A stretch of DNA of 64,000 nt from Chitinophagaceae bacterium (GTDB taxonomy: Bacteria; Bacteroidota; Bacteroidia; Chitinophagales; Chitinophagaceae): the NCBI GenBank assembly GCA_043787935.1, contig JAYVUL010000006.1, positions 1,577 to 65,576 of the forward strand, read 5' to 3'. Positions 40,107 to 50,255 of this stretch are shown piece by piece (position 1 is the stretch's first letter; every line of letters begins with the position of its first letter). The notes below the pieces were generated by a model. It saw nothing but the letters and a program-made list of their open reading frames with translations. It had not been told where the DNA came from and made no database searches. Position numbers and translations under genes: made by a program.

Positions 40107-40305
40107 GGCCCCACCCAGCCTCTCCGCTGACTAGCGGAAGGAGCAAAGAAAGAGTAAAATATTTTATAGTTCTTTTTATATACTAACCCATTAATTCAAA
40201 TTGATCCCTGAATTATCAGGCAGCCACTGACTGATAAATTTTAGAGATTGATATTTAAAAATTCTCCTGTTTCTTCCGCTAACCAGCGGAGAGTTAGAGG
40301 GGGCC
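40107..40305. repeat. Inverted pair of REP-like elements in the ftsA-ftsZ spacer
   Basis: 40107-40144 GGCCCCACCCAGCCTCTCCGCTGACTAGCGGAAGGAGC is nearly the reverse complement of 40263-40305 TCTCCTGTTTCTTCCGCTAACCAGCGGAGAGTTAGAGGGGGCC. Confidence 0.8.
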
Positions 40306-40316
40306 AAATATTTATT

Positions 40317-42320
40317 ATGATACATTTTGATCTGCCTAAAGAGCAATCGTCCATCATCAAAGTAATTGGTGTAGGCGGCGGTGGAAGCAATGCAGTTAAC
40401 CACATGTACTCTCAGAACATAGAGGGAGTAAATTTTATTATCTGCAATACCGATGCACAGGCCATTGCACAAAGTAAAGTACCAAACAAAATACAGCTCG
40501 GGCCGCACTTAACGCAGGGCCTTGGCGCAGGGGCCAATCCTAACATTGGCCGCCAGGCTACAGAAGAGAGCCTGGAAGAAATAAAACGGATATTGGAAGT
40601 GAATACCAAAATGGCATTCATCACTGCGGGCATGGGCGGAGGTACCGGCACCGGCGGAGCGCCTATCCTGGCAAAAATTTGTAAAGACCTTGGTATACTA
40701 ACTGTGGGTATAGTTACCACCCCATTTGCTTATGAAGGCAAGAAACGGTTGGCCCAGGCAGAAGAAGGGATTACTTTATTGAAGGACCATGTAGATACAT
40801 TGCTTGTTATCAGCAATGATAAACTGCGTCACCAGTTTGGTAACCTTAAAATGAAAGAAGCATTTGCCAAAGCGGATAATGTGTTGGCTACTGCTGCAAA
40901 ATGTATTACCGATGTCATCAACAGCACCGGCCAGATCAATGTGGATTTTGCAGATGTATGTACCGTAATGAGCAACGGTGGGGTAGCCATACTCGGTAGT
41001 GCTACGGCAGATGGCGAGAACAGGGCACAGATGGCAATTGAAAATGCACTCAACTCCCCTTTGCTGAATGACAATGATATCCGTGGCGCCAAATGGATAC
41101 TCATCAACATCAACTCTGCAGAAGGGGAACATGAATTTACCATGGATGAAGTGGAAGTGATACAGGCTTACTTACTAAGCAGGGCTGGAGAGGGAACGGA
41201 TGTTATTCTCGGGCTTGGTTACGACAGCAGCCTGGAAGCAGCCATTGGCATCACCTTAATTGCTACGGGCTTTGAGCACAAGGACCCCTTTGCCAAAACG
41301 ATTAACCAGCCTAAAGAAGAAAAGCAGAATGATAAAATCGTATTGACACTCGAAATGCCGGTGAAAGAAGACAAGAAAGTAAAACAGCCGAGTTTTGAAT
41401 TTGATATTGTGGAAGTGAAAAAGGAAGAAGAGCTGCCCGTGGCGCCCGCTGCAGTAATTGAAGTTGGGCCGGTAGCGGAAGCAACAGAGGAAGCAACTGC
41501 CGGATCGCAAAAATTAATGATAGAATTAACTATGCCAGCTGCACAGGAGATCAACGAACCTGTAGCCCCCGAAATACAATCTGTAGAAATGAAAGCATTG
41601 ATGCCGGAAAAACTGGCCGATATTAGCTCGGCCACTGCTCCGGTATTTTTTGAAATCTCTTCCGCCGCCGACCAGGTACCAACGGTGCATTTTGATGTGC
41701 CCGAAGTAATGCCACCTGCAGCAAAAGAAGCGCCTGTTGCAAAAGACGAACCTGCAGAAAAGGAAGTGCCTGCAACAACTGAAATGACCATTGCAATCAA
41801 AGAAGCTAGCACACCTGTTTCGTCGGCAGGTGGATATTTGGCAAAGCCGATGAATATATATGTTCAGGAGCACCAGCCGCAACCAGAATCCAATACTACG
41901 GAGGAACTAACCCCTTTGCAGAGTACAGTTCAGGCCGACGAACCTGTATTTGAAATGCAGATGGTGGTTAAAGAATCCCATCAGGCGGCGGAGGAACAGC
42001 CACAACCACAGCAAATTCAGCAGCCCATCATGTTATCCAAAGTTGAGGAGCCTGCACTGCAGGACGAAACAGAGGAACTGAGGCGCCGGGCAGCGGATCG
42101 GATTGCAAAACTGCGAAATTTATCTTTCAACATTAATGCAGCCGACCCTAACAATGAGTTTGAAACAGTACCGGCTTACCTTCGCCGCAATATGGAATTG
42201 CACAATTCCATTGCCGATGTGGAAAGTTTTTACAGCAACTACACCGTAAAAAGCGACGATAACAACCAGGCCGAGATCAGTACCATCAACACCTTTTTGG
42301 ATGGTAAAAAACCGGATTGA
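40317..42320 (+). CDS. ftsZ: Cell division protein FtsZ with a long acidic linker
   Basis: IKVIGVGGGGSNAVN, GMGGGTGTG, NVDFADV; ATG 40317 preferred over TTG 40248. Confidence 0.98.
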   Translation: MIHFDLPKEQSSIIKVIGVGGGGSNAVNHMYSQNIEGVNFIICNTDAQAIAQSKVPNKIQLGPHLTQGLGAGANPNIGRQATEESLEEIKRILEVNTKMAFITAGMGGGTGTGGAPILAKICKDLGILTVGIVTTPFAYEGKKRLAQAEEGITLLKDHVDTLLVISNDKLRHQFGNLKMKEAFAKADNVLATAAKCITDVINSTGQINVDFADVCTVMSNGGVAILGSATADGENRAQMAIENALNSPLLNDNDIRGAKWILININSAEGEHEFTMDEVEVIQAYLLSRAGEGTDVILGLGYDSSLEAAIGITLIATGFEHKDPFAKTINQPKEEKQNDKIVLTLEMPVKEDKKVKQPSFEFDIVEVKKEEELPVAPAAVIEVGPVAEATEEATAGSQKLMIELTMPAAQEINEPVAPEIQSVEMKALMPEKLADISSATAPVFFEISSAADQVPTVHFDVPEVMPPAAKEAPVAKDEPAEKEVPATTEMTIAIKEASTPVSSAGGYLAKPMNIYVQEHQPQPESNTTEELTPLQSTVQADEPVFEMQMVVKESHQAAEEQPQPQQIQQPIMLSKVEEPALQDETEELRRRAADRIAKLRNLSFNINAADPNNEFETVPAYLRRNMELHNSIADVESFYSNYTVKSDDNNQAEISTINTFLDGKKPD

Positions 42321-42346
42321 GCAAATAGAGTATAGTTTGTGTTTTA

Positions 42347-42380
42347 AAGCCCCTTGCTGCAAAGTAGGGGGCTTGTGTTT
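42347..42380 (+). terminator. Terminator after ftsZ
   Basis: AAGCCCCTTGCT-GCAA-AGTAGGGGGCTT followed by GTGTTT. Confidence 0.65.
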
Positions 42381-42776
42381 AGTGACACCCTTTACAATTA
42401 CAATGCCTTACATCGGCTTAGCAAGATGTTAAGGGGCACAAAAACTTCAGAATCCCTAACAAAATACTGCAGGAAAAATCCGCTAATTATACCAATTTCT
42501 TTTTTCAAACGATTACTATTCATTATTCATTATTGTCCGACTAAAATTCCTGCTAATGGCTAAAACGCTTTGTGGTAAAGAGGTATAGCCCCTCTCTTTT
42601 GCAAATGCCCGCCCGGATAAACGCTAGGACGGGGTGAGATAATTCAATGCAGACAATGGATTCGGGTACTTTACCGGGCAACAGTATTTATTATTAATCT
42701 GTATGGAAATTTATTTATTATACCAGCCTGTTGAAAAAAAATCAGTGAATAGGCATTGCTAATTGATAAAGTTTAA

Positions 42777-42804
42777 ACCCAGATTTCAACTGCAAAATCT
42801 GGGT
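42777..42804. promoter_or_regulatory. Inverted repeat (candidate operator) upstream of the secreted protein gene
   Basis: ACCCAGATTT-N8-AAATCTGGGT, perfect 10-bp arms. Confidence 0.4.
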
Positions 42805-42892
42805 AAAGTTATAACAGGATGCCTTAAAGATAATCTCATTTAAGTTAGTGTTTATTTAGTGTTATTTATATTTTTGAATTACAAAACATCTT

Positions 42893-45004
42893 ATGAATAA
42901 AATTACTATTTTTTTATTTCTGCTTCTTTATTCTGCCTGCCTAAAAGCCACAACCAATACGTGGGTAGGTAATGGCGGTACAAATGGCTGGTCAGATGCA
43001 GGAAACTGGTCTGGTGGTACACCTGGAATTAACGACACTGTTTTTTTTGATGGCACTTCTGTCACTGTCATTGTTGACATAGCTCCCAATATCGCCGGGC
43101 TGCAGCTTATAAACGGCAGCAATGTAATTCTTAGCAGCAGTTCAAATATCCTTATTACCATTGGTAATCTTGGTGTATCCGGTTTGGTTGTATTTAAGAT
43201 AGATGCCCTGAGTAATTTAACATTGCAGGGCACCGGGGCGACAACAGGCGTCTCGATTCAGACATATGGCAATTTTACAACCACAAGAGCTATTGTTGCG
43301 GGCACACTGGTTTTGGGAATGTATAATTGCACCTGGAATATAAACAGTTTCCCCGCCAGTTTTTGCACAACAGATATATCTGGTATCATAAGGATAGCAG
43401 CCGGCAATTCAGGATCGGTAATGAGCGGAGGTATAAGTAATGGTAATCCCGGCACTGTGAGTTTTTTAAACGGCTCACTCCTTGAATGGCTGCGAAATGG
43501 CGGAAGCGCACCCAATGCCAGCTTTTTGGATGGATCAGTAATTAGTATAAAAGGTATCACCGGCAGCAACATACTATTTAACAATGCTGCAAGGTTTAAT
43601 GGATTGCTTGTTTGGAATTGCCCTTTGCAAACTGTAAGCGGTGGCAGTGCACTTTTATTACCGGCAACTTACACAAGTATGGATAGTGTACGCATCATAT
43701 CCACCGGATCTGGATCATTGCGCCTTGCAACAAATCCTAACGGGTACACTATCAATTCCTTGGAGGTCAATGGTGGGACTGTTGAATTGAGTGCTCCAAA
43801 TTCCAACGCAACTTCAAATCTTACAGACACTATCACCAACGAATTAAAGGTCACTGGAGGTGTAGTGTATGGCAATGCCACTTTTAATTTTGATAATCTT
43901 GGTTCTGCATATGCTAATTCCTTATTTGTAAAAGGCAATTTTATAATGACAGGCGGGACTTTCGATTTCACCAATAGAACCGCAGGGAATTTACCCGGCG
44001 GCGCATTTGCCATGCATGTGAAAGGGAATTTTTTGCAAACAGGCGGCCGCATTAAAGCTACCCGGGATTTTGGAAACCAAAACCAGATAGAACTTTACGG
44101 TACATTACAGCAAAACCTTGCATTAAGTAATATTACCGATACAATTTCATTGGTGATTAACAATAGTGCAGGAGTGAGCCTGCAGAATACTGTTCTGCTG
44201 CCCTATTTTTTGAATCTTCAAAAGGGTTTCCTGCAATTGAACGATTACAATATAGCTCTGGCAGCTTCAAGAATAAGCCAGGCATCTTTAACACCATCTC
44301 CATCTGTTGTAACTAACGGTAACGGTAAACTTATTATTAGCAACCTGGCATCAGGCTCCCAGCTTTTTCCTGTAGCTCCTTTTGCCGGTGGTTATAACCC
44401 TGTAACTATAAATAACAGTTCACCTGCCGGCAGAACGTTCAATGTGAGGGTTGAATATGGTATCCATCCTGATACGGTAAATATTAATGCACTTAAACTT
44501 ATCAACAGGACATGGAATATTAATATTGTTCCTGGAATAGGCGAGCCCGGAGTAAACGACGGATCAATCGGGTTTACTTTTCAATATGCTGATTCTGAAA
44601 AAGTTTCGGGTGCAACAATTATTCCCGCTGCAGCGATGATGCTTGGCCATTATGCAGGTTCATGGAAGTATGATCCCCTTCTCCGGTTAGATCCTTCCGG
44701 CGGGCCTGTGAATTATACCGTCGGGCCGTACGTCCCAATTTCGCTGGATTCTTCCTTCATCCTTGGTAACATAGGATTCATTAAGTCAATTTTTATTTTT
44801 ACAGGTGATGGCAACTGGGATAATTCTACCAACTGGGCAAATAATACGATACCTCCTGATCCGTTACCTGCGGGAAAAGAAATTTTAATTGATCCTTCAG
44901 GCAGTTGCACCCTCAACATTCCACAAACTATATCTGCAGGATCAAAAATTGTAATTGGAAAGAATAAAAATTTTGTATTACCGGCCTCCTTAACAATCCA
45001 ATGA
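42893..45004 (+). CDS. Secreted Gly/Asn/Thr-rich beta-helix-like protein (adhesin-like) with Trp-rich modules at both ends
   Basis: Signal peptide; passenger-like repeats (GGTVEL, GNFIMTGGTF, GNFLQTGG); YNPVTI...FNVRV...RTWNI region; no canonical T9SS CTD. Confidence 0.75.
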   Translation: MNKITIFLFLLLYSACLKATTNTWVGNGGTNGWSDAGNWSGGTPGINDTVFFDGTSVTVIVDIAPNIAGLQLINGSNVILSSSSNILITIGNLGVSGLVVFKIDALSNLTLQGTGATTGVSIQTYGNFTTTRAIVAGTLVLGMYNCTWNINSFPASFCTTDISGIIRIAAGNSGSVMSGGISNGNPGTVSFLNGSLLEWLRNGGSAPNASFLDGSVISIKGITGSNILFNNAARFNGLLVWNCPLQTVSGGSALLLPATYTSMDSVRIISTGSGSLRLATNPNGYTINSLEVNGGTVELSAPNSNATSNLTDTITNELKVTGGVVYGNATFNFDNLGSAYANSLFVKGNFIMTGGTFDFTNRTAGNLPGGAFAMHVKGNFLQTGGRIKATRDFGNQNQIELYGTLQQNLALSNITDTISLVINNSAGVSLQNTVLLPYFLNLQKGFLQLNDYNIALAASRISQASLTPSPSVVTNGNGKLIISNLASGSQLFPVAPFAGGYNPVTINNSSPAGRTFNVRVEYGIHPDTVNINALKLINRTWNINIVPGIGEPGVNDGSIGFTFQYADSEKVSGATIIPAAAMMLGHYAGSWKYDPLLRLDPSGGPVNYTVGPYVPISLDSSFILGNIGFIKSIFIFTGDGNWDNSTNWANNTIPPDPLPAGKEILIDPSGSCTLNIPQTISAGSKIVIGKNKNFVLPASLTIQ

Positions 45005-45041
45005 CCGGTAACGGTTGAAATCTCAAACGGCTAAACTATAT

Positions 45042-46082
45042 CTACTTATTGGCAAGCTGCCCGCAGGCTGCATCAATATCCTTCCCCCTGCTTCTCCTTA
45101 CCCTTACATTTACCCGGTGCTTCACCAGGTGGTCTGTAAATTGTTGGGTGGTATCATCATCCGGCTTGGTAAACAAAGCTCCTTCAATTGGATTGTACTC
45201 GATTACATTAACTAAGTGAGTTGGTATCTGCCGGTAAATTTTTATCAAATGGTCGGCATCTTCAATGGAGTCATTCAAATCTTTAAAGAGGATGTATTCC
45301 AGTGTAATGTCATTTTTTGTTTTGTCGTAAAAATAATTCAACGCTTCTATCAGCACATCAATATGATTGCTTTCATTGATGGGCATTATCTCGTTGCGCT
45401 TTTTATCATCTGCTGCATGTAAAGAAAGTGCCAGGTTAAAGCGCACTTTATCATCGCCCAGCTGTTTGATCATTTTAGCAACACCTGCCGTAGAAACCGT
45501 AATTCTTTTCGGGCTCATCCCAAGGCCATCATTGGAGGTAAGGCGGTCAATCGCTTTTAATACATTTTTATAATTCAGCAATGGCTCTCCCATGCCCATA
45601 AATACCACGTTGGATAGTTTTTTATTGTATGTCTTTTCACTTTGTTCGTTAATGAGGGCTACCTGGTTGTAAATTTCATCAAAGTCAAGGTTGCGTTTCC
45701 GGTCCATCTTGCCCGTGGCACAAAACTTACAGGTAAGGCTGCAGCCAATTTGAGAAGAAACACAGGCGGTATTTCTTTTTTCTGTCGGGATCAGTACGCC
45801 TTCAATTTTATGCCCGTCATAGGTAGAAAACCTTGATTTGATGGTGCCATCACTGCTAAATTGGGTGGCATCAACCGTTAAGGCCGGGAAAGAAAATTTT
45901 TCTGCAAGAGTGGTACGCAATTCTTTGGATACATCGGTCATATCTTCAAAACCCTGGGCATTCTTCTTCCAAATCCATTCAAATACCTGCTTTGTCCTGA
46001 ATTTTTTTTCACCAATAGCCGCAAAATACGCTGCCAACTCCTCCAAATCCAGGTGGCGTATGTTTTGTTTTGTGTTGCTCAT
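45042..46082 (-). CDS. rlmN: 23S rRNA/tRNA A2503 C2-methyltransferase (radical SAM)
   Basis: SSQIGCSLTCKFC (CxxxCxxC), FMGMGEPL, SLH, DIDAACGQL; ATG at 46082. Confidence 0.97.
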   Translation of the reverse strand: MSNTKQNIRHLDLEELAAYFAAIGEKKFRTKQVFEWIWKKNAQGFEDMTDVSKELRTTLAEKFSFPALTVDATQFSSDGTIKSRFSTYDGHKIEGVLIPTEKRNTACVSSQIGCSLTCKFCATGKMDRKRNLDFDEIYNQVALINEQSEKTYNKKLSNVVFMGMGEPLLNYKNVLKAIDRLTSNDGLGMSPKRITVSTAGVAKMIKQLGDDKVRFNLALSLHAADDKKRNEIMPINESNHIDVLIEALNYFYDKTKNDITLEYILFKDLNDSIEDADHLIKIYRQIPTHLVNVIEYNPIEGALFTKPDDDTTQQFTDHLVKHRVNVRVRRSRGKDIDAACGQLANK

Positions 46083-46257
46083 GCGGTAAAGATACAAACA
46101 ACCCCTTTACTGCACCTTGTTGTTGTATTTGGAAGCATTTTATAGCAGCTTCACAGATAATAAAGTAAAGCATACTTCGTTAAACTTATTTAGCAAGAGG
46201 TTCTTTTATAAAAGCCCTGCGATTTAATTTATATTTTGATCAAAAATAAACCCCAGT

Positions 46258-47544
46258 ATGACTGATTGCCGTCAACTAAAATTTGGTTTCAATATCCCCG
46301 TAAACAAGATTTACACGTTACTTAAATGGATAGCTGGCATTAATGTATTTTTTTTATTTGGCACCTGGTTGCAGGCCGACAAGATTATCTTTCCCAACAG
46401 TGTTTTTGCCCAATGGTTGTTGGTGCAACTTAATTTGGCCAGGGAAAATGTAGTTGCAGCCTGGTATTCATCAATGCTTCTTTTTTCTGCAGGTATAGCA
46501 GCAGCCTTGTGTTTTTGGGCAGATATGCAACGCACGGATAACAATAAAGGGCGCCTGTTAAATTATGGCTGGATCATTATGGCGATGATTTTTGCGCTGC
46601 TTTCTTTTGATGAAATGGGGTCATTTCATGAAATGATCGGTGAAACAGCTTTGTTTAAAAAAGCAGGGATTGGGGCCAATGCCGGCTGGTATGCATTCTA
46701 TGCCTTAATTGGCGCTGTAGCTGTTTTTATGGTAACTTTTTTCTTCCTGAAATTTAAAAATAACAGGTTTGCTTTTTTGCTTACACTGATTGGGGTGCTC
46801 CTTTTTGTTAGTAACCCACTGCAGGAAAAATTTGAGTTATATAGCTGGCACAATTCTCCTGACCCCGATAACTGGCACCGCCCGGTATTATTTTTATTGA
46901 TTGAAGAAGGCTCTGAATTATTTGCTTCATTCTGTTTCTTATTTTCTTTTCTTAGGTATGCCACTACTGCCGCTTCCGGCAATGCTGCTGCTGGCGGAAT
47001 GTTCAAACTGGAATCGAGTGTAGGCAAGAATTTTGTTTTTTGGCTAACCGGAACGGCATGCCTGCTGGGTTCACTGATGCTGATAATACACATTAATGCC
47101 TGGAAAATACCCGGTGATGATAACGGGGTACCCCAGGACTGGCCACCGGCTGCAACGGCTTTCATTGCATTTGCTGCAGGTATGTACCTGTATTGTAAAA
47201 AGGGTATGGAAGGCAACCGGCTCATTTATATTTCCATAGCTATGGTAAGCATTATTACCACTGTATATTTCGGCAGTTATATGTATGGTTATTTTGAAGG
47301 CCCATTTGTGAAGATGCCTTATTTTATCCTCGCAATAACTGCTGTAGCGAGCATGGTAGCTGCTTTTAAATTGCAAGGGGCAGCGGCAAAATTCTTTTTT
47401 ATTGCCTGGGTGGTACTAATGGCACTTTCTGTTTTTGCCAAAGACTTTTCATCAACAGTATATGGATATGCAGCTTATAGCTGTTTGATGCTGGGATTGT
47501 TTTTGCATTATACATACTATAACCGCCACATTGCTGCCGTGTAA
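46258..47544 (+). CDS. Multi-pass membrane protein of unknown function
   Basis: About 12 hydrophobic segments; acidic motifs LSFDEMGSFHE and IEEGSELF. Confidence 0.75.
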   Translation: MTDCRQLKFGFNIPVNKIYTLLKWIAGINVFFLFGTWLQADKIIFPNSVFAQWLLVQLNLARENVVAAWYSSMLLFSAGIAAALCFWADMQRTDNNKGRLLNYGWIIMAMIFALLSFDEMGSFHEMIGETALFKKAGIGANAGWYAFYALIGAVAVFMVTFFFLKFKNNRFAFLLTLIGVLLFVSNPLQEKFELYSWHNSPDPDNWHRPVLFLLIEEGSELFASFCFLFSFLRYATTAASGNAAAGGMFKLESSVGKNFVFWLTGTACLLGSLMLIIHINAWKIPGDDNGVPQDWPPAATAFIAFAAGMYLYCKKGMEGNRLIYISIAMVSIITTVYFGSYMYGYFEGPFVKMPYFILAITAVASMVAAFKLQGAAAKFFFIAWVVLMALSVFAKDFSSTVYGYAAYSCLMLGLFLHYTYYNRHIAAV

Positions 47545-47741
47545 AAAAAACGCTGTTCTACTAAAAGTAGAATGCCATCTATTTCCCGAAATTTACTTTA
47601 AACACCTCAATTCCTCTTTTTTTGTTTTCTTTGCCCTTTAGCGGTTGCCATATTTTGTAAAATCAACCTTTTGTTGACAACCCTGTTCGTTCTCAAGGTC
47701 AATAAACTTGCAGTGGCACTTGTAATAATGAAATATTTTTT

Positions 47742-48941
47742 ATGCAAACAGCTTATGTAATTGATGCTATACGTACACCTATCGGTAAATACGGTGGTTC
47801 ACTAAGCTGCATCCGGCCGGATGATCTGCTGGCGATGGTGATCAAAACTTTGGTCAACCGAAACCCATCCATTGATACCAATGCCATTGAAGATGTGATT
47901 GCAGGCGCTGCCAATCAAAGCGGAGAAGATAACCGAAACGTGGCAAGGATGGCAGCATTACTTTCAGGGCTCCCGGTTACCGTTAGTGGCAATACGGTAA
48001 ACCGGTTGTGCGCATCCGGGCTGCAGGCAATTATGGATGCAGCGAGGGCCATAATGTGTGGCGACGGAGAATTGTTTATTGCCTGTGGTGTAGAGAATAT
48101 GACCAGGGCGCCTTTTGTGATGCCCAAGGCCAGTGCTGCATTTGCAAGGGATCCGCAAATTTTTGATACTACGATGGGCTGGCGCTTTGTGAATAAGAAT
48201 ATGTCTGCCATGTATTATCCTTATTCGATGGGCGAAACGGCGGAGAATGTGGCAAAGCAGTGGAACATCAGCCGCCATGCACAGGATGAATTTGCATTGG
48301 AAAGCCAGCACAAATATGCCAGGGCCCATGCTGAAAATAAATTTGCAGGAGAGTTGCTGCCGGTGCAGGTGCAGGTGCAGGTGGGAAAGGATGTTTTTGA
48401 TTTTGATAAAGACGAACATCCGCGGATCAGTTCACTGGAAAAGCTGGGGCAACTGAAACCGGCATTTATAAAAGACGGAACAGTTACGGCCGGTAACAGC
48501 AGTGGCATCAACGATGGCGCTGCAGCTATGTTGCTGGCCAGTGAAGCGGCGGTAAAAAAATATGGCCTCACGCCAATCGCAAGAATTGTGAGCATGGCAG
48601 TGGCTGGGGTAGACCCTGCTGTTATGGGCATCGGCCCAGTGCCGGCTTCCAATAAAGCACTCGCAAGAGCAGGCTTGTCTGTTAGTGACCTGGATTTGAT
48701 TGAACTCAATGAAGCGTTCGCATCACAATCCATAGCCTGCATTCATGAACTGGGATTAGACCTGGAAAAAGTTAATGTAAATGGAGGTGCCATTGCATTG
48801 GGGCATCCACTGGGCTGCAGTGGGGTACGTATTTCTACCACGTTACTGCATGAATTAAAAAAACGAAAAGGAAAATATGGTTTAGCAACCATGTGTGTGG
48901 GTGTAGGGCAAGGCGCTGCGCTGGTGTTTGAAGGATTATAG
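47742..48941 (+). CDS. Acetyl-CoA C-acyltransferase (thiolase, PcaF/PaaJ-like)
   Basis: NRLCASG, NEAFA, GHPLGCSG, MCVGVGQG. Confidence 0.95.
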   Translation: MQTAYVIDAIRTPIGKYGGSLSCIRPDDLLAMVIKTLVNRNPSIDTNAIEDVIAGAANQSGEDNRNVARMAALLSGLPVTVSGNTVNRLCASGLQAIMDAARAIMCGDGELFIACGVENMTRAPFVMPKASAAFARDPQIFDTTMGWRFVNKNMSAMYYPYSMGETAENVAKQWNISRHAQDEFALESQHKYARAHAENKFAGELLPVQVQVQVGKDVFDFDKDEHPRISSLEKLGQLKPAFIKDGTVTAGNSSGINDGAAAMLLASEAAVKKYGLTPIARIVSMAVAGVDPAVMGIGPVPASNKALARAGLSVSDLDLIELNEAFASQSIACIHELGLDLEKVNVNGGAIALGHPLGCSGVRISTTLLHELKKRKGKYGLATMCVGVGQGAALVFEGL

Positions 48942-50126
48942 TTTGTGTAGTAATTTGCTCACTATCCGGTAGTTGATCACCACAGATAAAACCAACAGTA
49001 ACAAAGCAACCAACAGCACCACCCAGTGAATAAAAACCGGTAAATCATCCCTCCCATTCATTGCATATTGCTGGAAGCTCCATTGAAACAGTATGGTACC
49101 TGCCAATGCCGATAATATAATTAAAACATATACCGGTATCCATCTTTTTGCCACCGTTTTACTCAGCCAATCAGGCGAATAGCCGAGAGTCAGCAACAGT
49201 TGCAGGTTATCTTTACTGCGGGCAATCATCAGTTGAAGGTAAAATGAAAACAACATCATGGCCAGCAAAATTACGAGCGCACCAAAGCCGGATAAACCGC
49301 TTACTATTGCTTGTAAAATTTGCTTTACCCTTCCAAATTTTGTTTTGTCTTTATTTACATGATAGTTTTCTTTTTGCAAAAAATTGAGTAGCTCCGGATT
49401 GTTGGCATCTTTTGTTTTAATATATATTCTGGAAGGATTTGTTTTGTTTGTATTGGCTAAATGCTGATTGGCCCAGGTTAAAAAATTCATGGGTACCAGC
49501 ACTGAATTGATCCTGTCGCTTAAGCCCACTACATTGGCCCTGAAAGTTTTTGTAGTACCTGCTGGGGTATAGCACTCCAGTTGTATGATAACAGAGGAAA
49601 TACTTTTTGCAGAAAACTGCGGCAGGTCTTTACTGGGAGCGAACACCGTATTGTACAGTTCAAGATAATCGGCAGCCATGATTACCGGAACGATATCCTG
49701 CCCTTCTTTCCAGGTAAATTCCGCCGGTATGGTATCAATAAAGTTATTATCAATAGATTCTAAAAACAGATCGGTGGTAAAAGGCAGGGTGCTGCTGCCG
49801 GTAGCTCTTACTAAAAATTTATTGGCCAGCAATGGCGTGGCATCCTCTATACTTTTTTGCTTCTTTAGTTCAGCTACTTCTCCTTCGTTGAAACTATGGT
49901 CTTCGGCCATGTTTTCATTGGTGATCAATTTCGTAACGGAGATATAATCGAAACCATCTTTCCTTGGATTTTTTTCTTTTAGTAAATGATTAATGTTGAT
50001 ATACATCTGGATGGAACATAACAGCAACAATACACCCACAGCCAAACCGATATAGCTAAGCCAGCGGGAAAGCCGGTTTTGGCTTGCTGATAAAAAAGGG
50101 GCAATATGTTTGTATGATAATGGCAT
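48936..50126 (-). CDS. FtsX/MacB-like ABC transporter permease
   Basis: One N-terminal TM helix, a large periplasmic domain, three C-terminal TM helices; LLTLGYS motif; ATG 50126 preferred. Confidence 0.75.
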   Translation of the reverse strand: MPLSYKHIAPFLSASQNRLSRWLSYIGLAVGVLLLLCSIQMYININHLLKEKNPRKDGFDYISVTKLITNENMAEDHSFNEGEVAELKKQKSIEDATPLLANKFLVRATGSSTLPFTTDLFLESIDNNFIDTIPAEFTWKEGQDIVPVIMAADYLELYNTVFAPSKDLPQFSAKSISSVIIQLECYTPAGTTKTFRANVVGLSDRINSVLVPMNFLTWANQHLANTNKTNPSRIYIKTKDANNPELLNFLQKENYHVNKDKTKFGRVKQILQAIVSGLSGFGALVILLAMMLFSFYLQLMIARSKDNLQLLLTLGYSPDWLSKTVAKRWIPVYVLIILSALAGTILFQWSFQQYAMNGRDDLPVFIHWVVLLVALLLLVLSVVINYRIVSKLLHKL

Positions 50127-50138
50127 TCGGTTGTTTTG

Positions 50139-50255
50139 TTTCAAAGGTTTAAGAAGTTTCAAGGGTTTGGACGGTTCAGTGTTTTAAACGATTCGGGAAA
50201 TTATTAAATGTAATCTAAAGTTTGGAACCTGCTGAACGTCTTGAACCTCTTAAAC
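50139..50255. repeat. Hairpin element with tandem 9-mer arms at the ATPase-permease junction
   Basis: TTTCAAAGG TTTAAGAAG TTTCAAGGG TTTGGACGG ... TGGAACCTG CTGAACGTC TTGAACCTC TTAAAC. Confidence 0.7.

Noticed and set aside
40248-40316. TTG-started N-terminal extension of FtsZ
   Set aside because: Consists of the REP-like element; ATG 40317 gives the normal Bacteroidota start
24122-42320. Absence of murF and ddl from the dcw cluster
   Set aside because: Common in Bacteroidota, where these genes lie elsewhere
48363-48383. (GTGCAG)3 microsatellite in the thiolase gene (VQVQVQV)
   Set aside because: In-frame hexamer in a variable loop; cannot cause phase variation by frameshift
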